Translations under genes and position numbers: made by a program | NCBI GenBank assembly: GCA_963730275.1 | Contig: CAVSRI010000031.1 | Coordinates: 85,900-149,899 of the forward strand | Direction: 5' to 3' | DNA length: 64,000 nucleotides | Source of the DNA: an uncultured delta proteobacterium | Lineage (GTDB): Bacteria; Desulfobacterota; Syntrophia; Syntrophales; Smithellaceae | In this document: in pieces, positions 9,815 to 19,699 of the stretch | Position numbering within the stretch: the stretch's first letter is position 1 | How the letters are laid out: each line of letters begins with the position of its first letter | The notes under the pieces: model-generated | Database searches by the model: none | Seen by the model: the letters and a program-made list of their open reading frames with translations, nothing else | What the model was told of the DNA's origin: nothing

Positions 9815-12313
9815 TTACGCTTCATCAGGCATTTGCCGGACTAACGCTCTTTGCGTTTTGCGCCGAACTCTGCGCAGGCGCAAAGAATTGCTGACAACCG
9901 AAACGGAACTCAAGGCCATCGCCGCTGCGGCAAACTCCGGATTCAGCAGGATGCCGAAGAAAGGATACAAAATACCTGCGGCAATCGGAATCCCTATAAC
10001 ATTATAAAAGAAAGCCCAGAAAAGATTCTGCTTGATCACCCGCATGGTAGCGGCAGATAGATTGATCGCCTCCGGCACGCCCATCAAATCATCACGGATC
10101 AAAGTTATATCGCCCGCTTCAATCGCTACGTCCGTTCCGGCCCCAATCGCAATACCAACATCAGCCACGGCCAGCGCCGGAGCATCGTTGATGCCGTCGC
10201 CAACCATAGCGACAACTTCGCCTTCCTTTTGCAGTTTCTTAATTTCATCCGCTTTGCTGCCCGGTAGGACTTCCGCCAGGACACGATCAATTCCTAATTG
10301 AGAGGCGACAGCCTGAGCCGTACCGGCATTATCCCCTGTGACCATCGCCACTTTCAAGCCCCGGCGCTTCAGTTCGTAAATGGCCTGTTTTGCTGAATCT
10401 TTCGGTACATCGGCAAGAGCAATAAGACCAATAGCAGTATTTTCCCTAGCAACATAAACAGCCGTTTTCCCCTCTAGTGCAAGCTTAGAGGCCGCTTCAT
10501 CCAAAACTGTAGCTGAAATGCCTTCGGTTTCCATCAACAGACGATTGCCGATGAGACATGATTTGCCTCCCAGTATGGCTTTTACTCCCATCCCGGATAA
10601 TGCCGTAAATTTATCTGCTTGAGCCACGGGGATTTGATCGTCTTGTGCTCGTTGTAAAATCGCCTGAGCCAGTGGATGCTCGGACATTTTCTCCAGCGCA
10701 GCGGCCGCAGCCAAAACTTCTTTATTACTGAAACCGCGGGCGGTAGAAACATCGGTTACCACGGGTTCGCCACGCGTCAATGTTCCTGTTTTATCGAAAA
10801 CGATCATAGAAAGCTGATGAATTTTCTCCAGAGCCTCGCCGCCTTTGATTAGGATGCCTCTTTGCGCTCCCAGGCCGGTGCCTACCATGATCGCTGTCGG
10901 CGTAGCCAGGCCCAGCGCACAAGGGCAGGCAATAATAAGCACCGAAACAAAATTGATTAAAGCACGGGAAAAATTGTTATCGGCGGGAAAGAAATACCAA
11001 ATGAGAAATGTAATAATGGCAATGACAAAAACAGTGGGAACAAAAAAAGAAGCAACTTTATCTGCCAGCCGCTGGATGGGTGCTTTGGAGCCTTGCGCCT
11101 CTTCCACCAGGCGGATGATTTGCGCCAGAGCAGTCTCTGCGCCCACACTCGTGGCGCGGAAGGTGAAACTACCGGATTTATTCATTGTGGCGGCAAAAAC
11201 CTTCTGTCCGATCTCTTTGGTCACTGGCATGCTCTCACCGGTTAACATTGATTCGTCAATAGTCGATTGGCCGGTTAGAACAATCCCATCAACAGGAATC
11301 CGCTCACCGGGTTTCACCAGAATCACGTTATCTGCCCGCACATTCTCTACAGCAACATCCAACTCTTCACCGTCTTGGATCAGATGTGCCGTTTTGGGTT
11401 TAAGCCCGATTAACTTTTTTATAGCTTGTGAGGTTTTTCCTTTTGCCCCCGCCTCCAAAAGCCGGCCTAACAAAATGAGAGTGACGATCATTGCCGCTCC
11501 GTCATAATAGACATGGGGCATTACACCGCCTTTCATGAATAAGTGGGGAAAAAAGGTTGCCGCAACGGAATAGGCATAGGCTGAAAATGCGCCTACGGCC
11601 ACCAGAGTGTTCATATCCGATGTTTTCTGCCGTGCGGCTTTGATCGCGCCGATAAAAAAACGACTGCCTACCCAGAAAACAACAGGAGCAGTCAAAACAA
11701 ACATTGCCCAGAGCATCGTCTGACGGGGGATGAAATGCAAGAAGCCAAACCAGTGTTGCATGGAGCCGAAAAAAATAATGACGCTCAATACTGCGCCGCA
11801 GGTCACTTTTAACTTCAGTTCCCGTAGCTCCCTGGCACGGGCAGCTTCCGCTGGATCGGAAAGTGTATCTTTTAGTTCGCCCAGGAATTCATAACCGTGT
11901 TCGGTTACGGCTTTTGCCAGGGCCGGCAAACTTCCCCACCTAGCGGTATGAATCACTGTAGCCCGGGATGTAGCCAGGTTAACACTGGCATCCAGCACAC
12001 CTTCAACATCTTTAAGTGCATTTTCCACCCGCCGCACACAGGCTGCGCAGGTCATTCCGCCGACGGTAATGGTGACTTTTTCTTGATCCGTTCCGGATGC
12101 ATCGACAAAAGCCTCGTAGCCCAGATCATGGACTTTATTTTGTAGTGCTTTTATATCGACAATATTTTTGTCATATTCCACCTGCGCTTTTTCCGTCGCC
12201 AAGTTTACCGTCGCTCTGAGCACGCCGGGCGTTTGGTTTAAGCCTTCCTCGATACGCCGGACACAAGCCGCGCAGGTTATACCGCGAATGTTAAGCGTTA
12301 CTTTATCCGACAA
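9815..12313 (-). CDS. copA: Copper-translocating P1B-type ATPase
   Basis: Two N-terminal HMA domains ([16 protein letters not shown]), CPC motif ([11 protein letters not shown]), [15 protein letters not shown]. Confidence 0.95.
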   Translation of the reverse strand: MSDKVTLNIRGITCAACVRRIEEGLNQTPGVLRATVNLATEKAQVEYDKNIVDIKALQNKVHDLGYEAFVDASGTDQEKVTITVGGMTCAACVRRVENALKDVEGVLDASVNLATSRATVIHTARWGSLPALAKAVTEHGYEFLGELKDTLSDPAEAARARELRELKLKVTCGAVLSVIIFFGSMQHWFGFLHFIPRQTMLWAMFVLTAPVVFWVGSRFFIGAIKAARQKTSDMNTLVAVGAFSAYAYSVAATFFPHLFMKGGVMPHVYYDGAAMIVTLILLGRLLEAGAKGKTSQAIKKLIGLKPKTAHLIQDGEELDVAVENVRADNVILVKPGERIPVDGIVLTGQSTIDESMLTGESMPVTKEIGQKVFAATMNKSGSFTFRATSVGAETALAQIIRLVEEAQGSKAPIQRLADKVASFFVPTVFVIAIITFLIWYFFPADNNFSRALINFVSVLIIACPCALGLATPTAIMVGTGLGAQRGILIKGGEALEKIHQLSMIVFDKTGTLTRGEPVVTDVSTARGFSNKEVLAAAAALEKMSEHPLAQAILQRAQDDQIPVAQADKFTALSGMGVKAILGGKSCLIGNRLLMETEGISATVLDEAASKLALEGKTAVYVARENTAIGLIALADVPKDSAKQAIYELKRRGLKVAMVTGDNAGTAQAVASQLGIDRVLAEVLPGSKADEIKKLQKEGEVVAMVGDGINDAPALAVADVGIAIGAGTDVAIEAGDITLIRDDLMGVPEAINLSAATMRVIKQNLFWAFFYNVIGIPIAAGILYPFFGILLNPEFAAAAMALSSVSVVSNSLRLRRVRRKTQRALVRQMPDEA

Positions 12314-12503
12314 CTTCGTACCCTGCCTTTTTTATCGCCGCGGCTATTTTTTGAGGATCAACCGGTTTTACTTCCTCGTAGGTGGCCACACCGCTTTTTA
12401 AATCCACCTGAACATTTTTTATGCCTTCCAGAGCGCCGAGCGCTTTGGTTACCGCCATAACGCAATGCTGACAACTCATTCCCTTTATTTTAATACTTTT
12501 CAT
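12303..12503 (-). CDS. copZ: Copper chaperone (HMA domain)
   Basis: 66 aa with GMSCQHCV metal-binding motif. Overlaps the copA start by 11 nt. Confidence 0.9.
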   Translation of the reverse strand: MKSIKIKGMSCQHCVMAVTKALGALEGIKNVQVDLKSGVATYEEVKPVDPQKIAAAIKKAGYEVVG

Positions 12504-12812
12504 CTTATTTCTCTCCTTAAATAATAAAATTTAGCATTCTTAATTTAAGGATATTTTGCCTACAAGCAAGATTAATAATCAATATTTTTGGCATTTTATT
12601 CACTTAAGCTTAATATTTTCTTCTTACTTGCTATTAATTTTATTCTGTATTATGGCAAAAAAAGGGGGGAAATGATTATTCGCTGCCGTGGCGTCAAAAG
12701 TAAAAAACATCTCGAATATTTTGCCGTTTCGCAGTCCATGGAATTGGCGTTTTAATTTGCTGGCGATTGTGTTTGCAGTTAATAGTTTTCTAATGATAAT
12801 TGTGGTGTCGGA

Positions 12813-13457
12813 GTGCTTAAAAAAATTGTATATGCTTACTTAATCTCTATTTTGGTCTTTCTCGTTATGACTAATCCGGTGGCTGGAGCGCAAAAAGATA
12901 TGAAGGCAAAAGTTACAGAAAACATTAATGAGGAAATCACGCTGGGTGGGGGCTGCTTTTGGTGTTTGGATGCTATTTATAGAGAAATCAGAGGGGTAGA
13001 AAAAGTTCTTTCCGGCTATTCCGGAGGTTCGGTCGCTAATCCGACTTATGAAGAAGTGTGCGCAGGATCGACAGGGCACGCGGAAGTTGTGCAAATAACC
13101 TTCAATCCCCTCATCATAACGGCGGAAAAGCTACTCCAGATATTTTTCGTCATTCATGACCCAACGACATTAAACCGTCAGGGAGCCGATGTCGGTACGC
13201 AATACCGTTCGATTATTTTCTACCGTAATCAAAAACAAAAAGATGTTATCGATAAGGTCATGGGCGAACTTAAAAAAGACAAGGTTTACAAAAATCCAAT
13301 TGTCACCGAAGTCGTTCCCTTTCAATCTTTCTATGCCGCTGAAGACTATCATCAGGATTATTACAGTCAAAATAGAGAGCATGGTTATTGCCGCGTTATC
13401 ATTAATCCTAAATTGGAAAAATTTAGGAAAACATTCCGCGATAATTTAAAAAAATAA
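12813..13457 (+). CDS. msrA: Peptide-methionine (S)-S-oxide reductase, exported form
   Basis: GGGCFWCLDAIY active-site block, YHQDYY, N-terminal signal-like hydrophobic segment. GTG start. Confidence 0.9.
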   Translation: MLKKIVYAYLISILVFLVMTNPVAGAQKDMKAKVTENINEEITLGGGCFWCLDAIYREIRGVEKVLSGYSGGSVANPTYEEVCAGSTGHAEVVQITFNPLIITAEKLLQIFFVIHDPTTLNRQGADVGTQYRSIIFYRNQKQKDVIDKVMGELKKDKVYKNPIVTEVVPFQSFYAAEDYHQDYYSQNREHGYCRVIINPKLEKFRKTFRDNLKK

Positions 13458-13497
13458 TCGTTCTTAATAAATCCGGATTTCTTTTACGGTCGAAAAC

Positions 13498-15192
13498 ATG
13501 TTCCTGCCTACTACCGCTTCTGAATTAAAAAAATTAACGTGGGATAGACTCGACATAATTCTTGTCACCGGCGACGCCTATATTGACAACCCCTATATAG
13601 GAGTTGCTGTTATCGGTCGGGTTCTGTCGCATGCCGGGTATCGCGTAGGAATTATCGCCCAGCCTGATATTAAAAGCGCTGTCGATATTAGCCGTTTGGG
13701 AGAGCCGGCATTATTCTGGGGAATCACCAGCGGCTGTATGGATTCCATGGTCGCCAATTACACGGCAACAAAGAAAAAAAGACTTGCCGATGATTTGACC
13801 GCCGGAGGGAAAAATAATCACCGTCCGGACCGCGCCGCGGTCGTTTACGCCAATCTGATTAGACAGTATTTTAAAAATACTCGGCCACTGGTTTTGGGTG
13901 GCGTCGAAGCAAGCCTGCGTCGAATCGCCCATTATGATTACTGGTCGGATGCCATCCGCCGCTCGATTTTATTTGATGCCCGCGCCGATATTCTTGTTTA
14001 TGGCATGGCCGAAAAGGCCATACTGGAGGTGGCACAAAAACTGACGAGCGGAGAAGACACGAAAAATATCCGCGGCACTTGTTATATTGATTCCACTCCT
14101 GTGCCCGGATACATTGAATTGCCGTCTTATGAAAAGGTTGTAGCCGACAAAAAAGCTTTCATCCAAATGTTTAATACATTTTACCGCAATAACGATCCAT
14201 TAACTGTGCGCGGCTTGATTCAACAGCATGGTTCCCGCTATCTCGTCCACAATCCGCCTCAACCTCATCTGACAGTTGAGGAATTGGATCAGATCTACGC
14301 TCTGGATTTCACGCGGGACGTCCACCCCTATTACAGTGCACAGGGGAAAGTCAGGGCTATGGATACAATTAAGTTTTCACTGACAACACATCGCGGTTGC
14401 TATGGCGAATGCAATTTTTGTTCAATCGGCCTGCATGAAGGAAGAACAGTAATCAGCCGCAGTGAGCAATCGATAATTAATGAAGCACGCCAAATTACCG
14501 CTCGGGCTGATTTTAGAGGATATATTCTGGATGTGGGCGGGTCAACGGCAAATATGTACGGGATCGACTGCCAGCGCAAAAAAAGCCTAGGAGCCTGTGC
14601 AGATAAACGATGCCTTAACCCGCAGGTTTGCGTGTCCCTGAAGCCGGATCACAGCCGTCAGATCAACCTTCTTAAAAATTTGCGTAAAATTAAGGGCGTA
14701 AAAAAAGTATTTGTTGCCTCCGGTATTCGCTACGATTTACTGGGGGCCGATAAAAAATATTGTGCAGGTTACATGCAAGAGCTCGTTTTTCACCACATCT
14801 CCGGCCAGTTAAAAGTGGCGCCGGAACATATTTCTCCCAGCGTCTTAAAGCTGATGGGCAAGCCACAAGCGCAGTCACTTATAAATTTCCAGCGGCTTTT
14901 TGAAAAATATTCAAAGGCTTCGGGACGCAAACAATTTCTGACATATTATTTTATCGCCGCCCATCCGGGATGCACTGAAGAAGATATGCGTGAGCTGAAA
15001 TCCTTTGCCACCAAGGAGCTGAAAATTAATCCGCAGCAGGTGCAAATATTTACGCCTCTGCCTTCCACTTATTCCAGCCTGATGTATTGGACGGAAATTG
15101 ATCCCGCAACCGGCAGGAAAATTTTTGTCGAAAAGAATATGGCGAAAAAACAGAAACAGAAAGATATTATTACGGGAAAAACGAGCAGATAA
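13498..15192 (+). CDS. ygiQ: YgiQ-family radical SAM protein (UPF0313)
   Basis: Characteristic MFLPTT start, CYGECNFCSI radical-SAM cluster motif, length about 560 aa. Confidence 0.85.
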   Translation: MFLPTTASELKKLTWDRLDIILVTGDAYIDNPYIGVAVIGRVLSHAGYRVGIIAQPDIKSAVDISRLGEPALFWGITSGCMDSMVANYTATKKKRLADDLTAGGKNNHRPDRAAVVYANLIRQYFKNTRPLVLGGVEASLRRIAHYDYWSDAIRRSILFDARADILVYGMAEKAILEVAQKLTSGEDTKNIRGTCYIDSTPVPGYIELPSYEKVVADKKAFIQMFNTFYRNNDPLTVRGLIQQHGSRYLVHNPPQPHLTVEELDQIYALDFTRDVHPYYSAQGKVRAMDTIKFSLTTHRGCYGECNFCSIGLHEGRTVISRSEQSIINEARQITARADFRGYILDVGGSTANMYGIDCQRKKSLGACADKRCLNPQVCVSLKPDHSRQINLLKNLRKIKGVKKVFVASGIRYDLLGADKKYCAGYMQELVFHHISGQLKVAPEHISPSVLKLMGKPQAQSLINFQRLFEKYSKASGRKQFLTYYFIAAHPGCTEEDMRELKSFATKELKINPQQVQIFTPLPSTYSSLMYWTEIDPATGRKIFVEKNMAKKQKQKDIITGKTSR

Positions 15193-15361
15193 TTTTAAAC
15201 TATTTCCATTCTTTAGATTACTACTTTCACCTACAAGTCCGCACATTTACAATGAGATAGAGGCCAACAATTACGGAAAGAAAAGTTGAATAATCAATTT
15301 AGAGATTTATTTACTGAATTATTGGCTCCTCGACGTATTTTAGCATATTGAAATAATTTAT

Positions 15362-17119
15362 TTGACAAATAATATCTTCTCTAACATGTATAGCTTCTTA
15401 TTATCATATGAAAGATTAATGGAGAGGCACTATCTAGCAATGTCCCCTAAACGCCATTCTAAATTGACAAAACATACTTCTCAAACGGCACAAGCTTTAG
15501 AAAAAAAGCAGAAAGCAAATAAACAAAAAAAATATTGGGCATGGATTTTGCTGACAATTATTATATTGTTTACAGCAGCTGTTCGTATCCGCCTTCTACA
15601 AATACCTCTAGAACGTGATGAAGGCGAGTTCGCCTATATGGCACAACAAATGCTCCAGGGAATACCGCCTTATTTGCTTGTGTATGCTATGAAGCTCCCT
15701 GGTATTTATGCTGCCTATGCCCTCGTGATAGCAATCTTTGGCCAAACAATCACAGGCATTCACCTTGGATTGATGTTTATAAACTCTGCCGCTATTTTTC
15801 TTTTGTTTTTGCTGACACGCCGATATTTCGACGATATTGCTGCAATAATCGCCGCAACAAGTTATGCTTTCCTCTCATTGAGTCCTTCCGTATTGGGAAC
15901 ATCAGCACATGCGACACAATTTATCGTACCTCTCGCGCTTGGCGGGACTTTACTTTTGATAAAATCTCTTGATTCCGATAAACTTGTTCTACTGTTTCTT
16001 AGTAGCTTATTGTACGGGTTAGCATTTATTATGAAACAGCATGCCATATTCTTTATCTCTTTTGCCTTTCTTTACTTCAATTTAATGACAATCAAAACAC
16101 GACCAATTAAATGGAATTTGTTAGTAATCGGAAACATCATTTTCTTCATCGGCTCTACGCTCCCCTTCTTTTTTTCTTGTATCATTCTTTATAATGTTGG
16201 CATTTTCTCCAATTTTTGGTTTTGGACTTTCACTTACGCAAGTAAATATGTATCCCAATTGCCTTTCTCTGAAGCAATACAAAATTTAACAAATATGGCA
16301 CCTAAGGTTATCGATACATGGAGTTGGATTATTGCGGGAATTGGCGTTTCTGCTGTCTTTTGGAATCAGAAAGCGAAATCAAAGTGGTTGTTTTTATGGG
16401 GATTTCCCCTTTTTTCTTTCCTCACGGTTTGTCCGGGATTCTATTTCCGCAGACATTATTTTATCACGTTGCTTCCCGCTATAGCTATGCTTGTTGGTGT
16501 AGCCACAATTGCTTCAATCCAATGGCTATCACATAGAAAGATTGCTCCTATTGTACAAATTATTCCTGTTTATATCATGATAGCGGTTCTTATAAGTCCT
16601 GTTTTCAAAAACGGAGATTTTTTTTTCAAAGATTCGCCAGTTGAAGCATGTCGATTAATGTATGGTCGCAACAATCCTTTTCCAGAATCCATAGAAATAG
16701 CAGAATATATTAAAACACATACAACGAAAGATGACCGTGTTGCAGTTATCGGGTCGGAACCCCAAATTTATTTTTATTCTAACCGAAAATCTGCAACTGG
16801 CTATATCTATATGTACGATTTAATGGAAAGTAATAATTATGCGTCTAAAATGCAACTGGACATGATCAAAGAAATTGAAACATCCCGCCCAAAGTATGCT
16901 GTATCGGTGATGTATCCCACTTCATGGTTACAAAAACCAAATTCTGATATGTCTATCTTAAAATGGTCAAATACATACTTTAAACAAAACTATATACTGA
17001 TAGGTCTTATAACTAGCATTTCTGAAGATACCTATAAAGCATATTGGGATGAGGATGCTAGAATAAATAAACCTTTATCGTCATTTAATCTATTTGTGAT
17101 GGAACGAAAGTCGAAATAG
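15362..17119 (+). CDS. Polytopic membrane protein, GT-C (ArnT/PMT, GT39/83-like) glycosyltransferase candidate
   Basis: More than 10 hydrophobic helices. Acidic loop ERDEGEFAY after the first helix, as in ArnT/PMT enzymes. Start uncertain (TTG 15362; ATG 15386, 15419 or 15440). A sampled line at 16021 is 30% GC versus 47% in ygiQ. Confidence 0.55.
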   Translation: MTNNIFSNMYSFLLSYERLMERHYLAMSPKRHSKLTKHTSQTAQALEKKQKANKQKKYWAWILLTIIILFTAAVRIRLLQIPLERDEGEFAYMAQQMLQGIPPYLLVYAMKLPGIYAAYALVIAIFGQTITGIHLGLMFINSAAIFLLFLLTRRYFDDIAAIIAATSYAFLSLSPSVLGTSAHATQFIVPLALGGTLLLIKSLDSDKLVLLFLSSLLYGLAFIMKQHAIFFISFAFLYFNLMTIKTRPIKWNLLVIGNIIFFIGSTLPFFFSCIILYNVGIFSNFWFWTFTYASKYVSQLPFSEAIQNLTNMAPKVIDTWSWIIAGIGVSAVFWNQKAKSKWLFLWGFPLFSFLTVCPGFYFRRHYFITLLPAIAMLVGVATIASIQWLSHRKIAPIVQIIPVYIMIAVLISPVFKNGDFFFKDSPVEACRLMYGRNNPFPESIEIAEYIKTHTTKDDRVAVIGSEPQIYFYSNRKSATGYIYMYDLMESNNYASKMQLDMIKEIETSRPKYAVSVMYPTSWLQKPNSDMSILKWSNTYFKQNYILIGLITSISEDTYKAYWDEDARINKPLSSFNLFVMERKSK

Positions 17120-17183
17120 CAACTGCTCCAAGGATATTCCCACAATCATTCTGGAGGCAGAACTTAGTAGCTAAAAATCACCC

Positions 17184-17343
17184 CTCAACAAGTGCAGATT
17201 TTTACGCCCTTGCCTTCCACTTATTCCGCCTTGATGTATTTTACCGGAATTGATCCATTTACCGGCAGGAAAATATTTGTGGAAAAGAATATCGCGAAAA
17301 AACAGCGGCAAAAAGATATTGTTGTGAGGAAAACAATTAAGTA
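17184..17343 (+). pseudogene. Displaced duplicate of the ygiQ 3' end
   Basis: Encodes PQQVQIFTPLPSTYSALMYFTGIDPFTGRKIFVEKNIAKKQRQKDIVVRKTIK*. 42 of 53 residues are identical by hand alignment to the resident YgiQ C-terminus (15031-15192). No upstream ygiQ sequence. Confidence 0.8.
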
Positions 17344-17620
17344 GACGAAAATAGTGTCATAGCCGGCCTCTTGGTCCGAGGTCTGTCAGGTGATTTGGCA
17401 ATCCAGTTTTTTTGTCAAGCTTCTCTTTCTTACTGAAAAAATCATCTCAACCCTTTGTATTTATATGCCGCACTTCTAATGGTAATGAATAGTATGGTCT
17501 ATACTTTCAGAAATTATTCATCGGACAAATTTAAGCTTTCCTTTACCGAGAAACTATTGTAGTCAAAAAGATAAAAATTTCTGTTAGGGCAATAGAAGAA
17601 CAATGGCAGGGCGAGGTTAA

Positions 17621-17803
17621 ATGAACGCCTGGATAATTTTAATTGTTATTCTTATCGCACTCGGTCGTCAATTCTACTTAAATGTCGATCAAATCGAAAA
17701 AAAGACAATTTTCAGAATACGGGTTTTTATTACTGAAGCAATTATTACAAGTATCGTGCTAACAATTTTATTTTACATTGTAAAATGGATACTCAACCTA
17801 TAA
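17621..17803 (+). CDS. Small two-helix membrane protein (unknown)
   Basis: 60 aa with two hydrophobic helices. Overlaps the next gene by 19 nt. RBS ggcgaggt upstream. Confidence 0.4.
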   Translation: MNAWIILIVILIALGRQFYLNVDQIEKKTIFRIRVFITEAIITSIVLTILFYIVKWILNL

Positions 17804-18582
17804 AATTAACCTATAAGAAAAGTTTAGTCGCTTTCATTGATATTTTGGGTTTTTCTGATCTTGTCAATGGAAGTAACTCTGATCCCGAAAAAAGAAAGAA
17901 AGTCGAAAAAATAGTAAATTTTGTCAAAGATATTATTTTTGTTCAGGAAAAAGTCCTTCGACCAGATGATCCATTTTATTTACAAGTATCATTTATTTCT
18001 GATAGCATAGTGATATCCACTGACGCACCAAGGTCCGTAAATGACTCGCGGTTAATCAATGTCTTAAAGTATGCGGGCAGCGTTAGTCTGAGCCTGTTGG
18101 CTATTGGCGTTCTTTGCCGTGGCTCAATAGTTATTGGCAATATTTTTCATCATCGAGAATCTAATTTTAATACAGTTGTTGGTTCTGCTCTTGTTAATGC
18201 CTACAAGTCAGAAAAATCAGTTGCTATTTATCCTCGAATTGTCATTGATGATGCAACATACAAACTTTGGGAAGAATATTTATCAAATGAACTTGATCCC
18301 GAGTTCTGGAAAGAAATGCTGAAACTTGATCAGGACGGAGAGTGGTTCATTAATATATTTCACCGTATCTTGCTTTCAGAAATTCAATTTCTTTTCCCTC
18401 ATGGGCCAGAAAGTGATGACATACTCAACCAAGCAGGCAATTGGATAATTGACGGTCTTAATAAATCAAATTCCCAAAAGTATTCCATAAAAACCAGGCG
18501 AGTTTGTGAAAAATATAATTGGCTGCTAAATCAGTATCTTCCATATGCCTCAGCCGATTTTAAAAAGCTCGTAATCAAATAA
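17785..18582 (+). CDS. Unknown protein with a class III nucleotidyl-cyclase / GGDEF-like palm signature (tentative)
   Basis: Pattern VAFIDILGFSDL ... FISDSIVIS ... CRGSIVIGNIF ... VVGSALVNAYKSEK...PRIVIDD. It mirrors the two metal-binding Asp strands and the xGxxxNxAxRxE-like helix of cyclase palm domains. Recognition by eye only. Confidence 0.45.
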   Translation: MDTQPIKLTYKKSLVAFIDILGFSDLVNGSNSDPEKRKKVEKIVNFVKDIIFVQEKVLRPDDPFYLQVSFISDSIVISTDAPRSVNDSRLINVLKYAGSVSLSLLAIGVLCRGSIVIGNIFHHRESNFNTVVGSALVNAYKSEKSVAIYPRIVIDDATYKLWEEYLSNELDPEFWKEMLKLDQDGEWFINIFHRILLSEIQFLFPHGPESDDILNQAGNWIIDGLNKSNSQKYSIKTRRVCEKYNWLLNQYLPYASADFKKLVIK

Positions 18583-18597
18583 ATATGTATGAAAAAT

Positions 18598-18617
18598 GGT
18601 TCAATAGGTCTTGAACC
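18598..18617 (+). terminator. Hairpin after the cyclase-like gene
   Basis: ggttcaa-taggtc-ttgaacc, 15 nt after the stop. Weak T tract. Confidence 0.35.
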
Positions 18618-18777
18618 CTTTCAATTGATAATCTTCACTCACTCCACCATGCAAGATCATTTGTTAGTAGGTGAACAAAATGGGCACAAAATTCGGGGGC
18701 AGTATTGAATTATAATTGCGAACTCCCATAGAGAGCAACTTACCCGGCGAATGCAGGGCGGCAATCTCTACGATGTC

Positions 18778-19122
18778 TCAGATACGGCCGTATTTATCTT
18801 CCAGCCTTTCAATATCATCTTCGCCGAAATACTCTCCGGTTTGCACTTCAATAATTACCAGATTTTCGGCAGAACAATTTTCGACGCGGTGCTTCACTTT
18901 TTTAGGAATATCCAACATACTGCCGGCGCGCAAAGAAATATTTTTATCGCCGACAATTGCTTTCCCTTTACCGGAGACGACAAACCAGTGTTCGGAGCGC
19001 AGCTTATGACGCTGCAAACTCAAAATGCCGCCCGGCGCAATAACGATTCTTTTCACTTTATGGTCCGGGGCATCGGACAATACTTCAAAATATCCCCAGG
19101 GACGTTTATTAGTTGCTTCCAT
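18778..19122 (-). CDS. Cupin-domain protein (mannose-6-phosphate isomerase type II C-terminal-like)
   Basis: RPWGYFEVL...KVKRI.I.PG..LSLQRH..RSEHW.VV.G block typical of the type II PMI cupin. Confidence 0.75.
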   Translation of the reverse strand: MEATNKRPWGYFEVLSDAPDHKVKRIVIAPGGILSLQRHKLRSEHWFVVSGKGKAIVGDKNISLRAGSMLDIPKKVKHRVENCSAENLVIIEVQTGEYFGEDDIERLEDKYGRI

Positions 19123-19204
19123 TCGGTCAACTCTTTTTTTATTTTTCGTAACATAAAATTAAATTAATGAAAAGGCCTCTTTGATGCCATTTCTAAATCA
19201 AAGA

Positions 19205-19300
19205 TGATATTGAGGCGGCTAGGCGGAGGCGACGAGGCGTATTGTACATACGTTGAGGAAGCCGACAACGACGCCAACAAAGATAGCGCTTTGATGTAGA
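19205..19300 (-). repeat. Intergenic repeat family, module A copy (inverted relative to 35623-35705)
   Basis: The reverse complement shares gtcggcttcctcaacgtatg (20 nt) and acaatacgcctcgtc (15 nt) with 35647-35690. It also carries a ccaattc...aaagcg box. Confidence 0.75.
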
Positions 19301-19433
19301 ATTGGAATAATGCTTTTATGGACTCGCTTTAACCGCCAATCTATGGTAATCATTGCTAGAACTTTAAACAGAAAGTGTTATAAATTCGTAATATACTTCA
19401 TAAGAATGAAATCCTTAATGCGGAGAAACAAAT

Positions 19434-19625
19434 ATGTCATTAAAAACTATTACCATAGGTAAAAATGTTAGTCGTCCATTATTATCTTTTTCGCTATTTC
19501 TAATATTTATTGGTTCCGTTATATCTTCCAAATTTGATTCTTGGTACGCGATAATAGGTGTTATCTTAGCAGTAGCAGGTTGCTACCTCAATCAGCTCTC
19601 GATCAAGTGGGTAACAGAAAACTAG
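19434..19625 (+). CDS. Small membrane protein (unknown)
   Basis: 63 aa, two hydrophobic helices. Weak support. Confidence 0.3.
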   Translation: MSLKTITIGKNVSRPLLSFSLFLIFIGSVISSKFDSWYAIIGVILAVAGCYLNQLSIKWVTEN

Positions 19626-19699
19626 AATGAAAAACAAACACAACTGGATTTAGCTTCCACTGGAAATCCCACCGCTGGAATCTTGCAGGAAATATTTTC

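Noticed and set aside
12303-12313. The copZ/copA 11-nt overlap as something unusual
   Set aside because: Short overlaps giving translational coupling are routine for chaperone/ATPase pairs.
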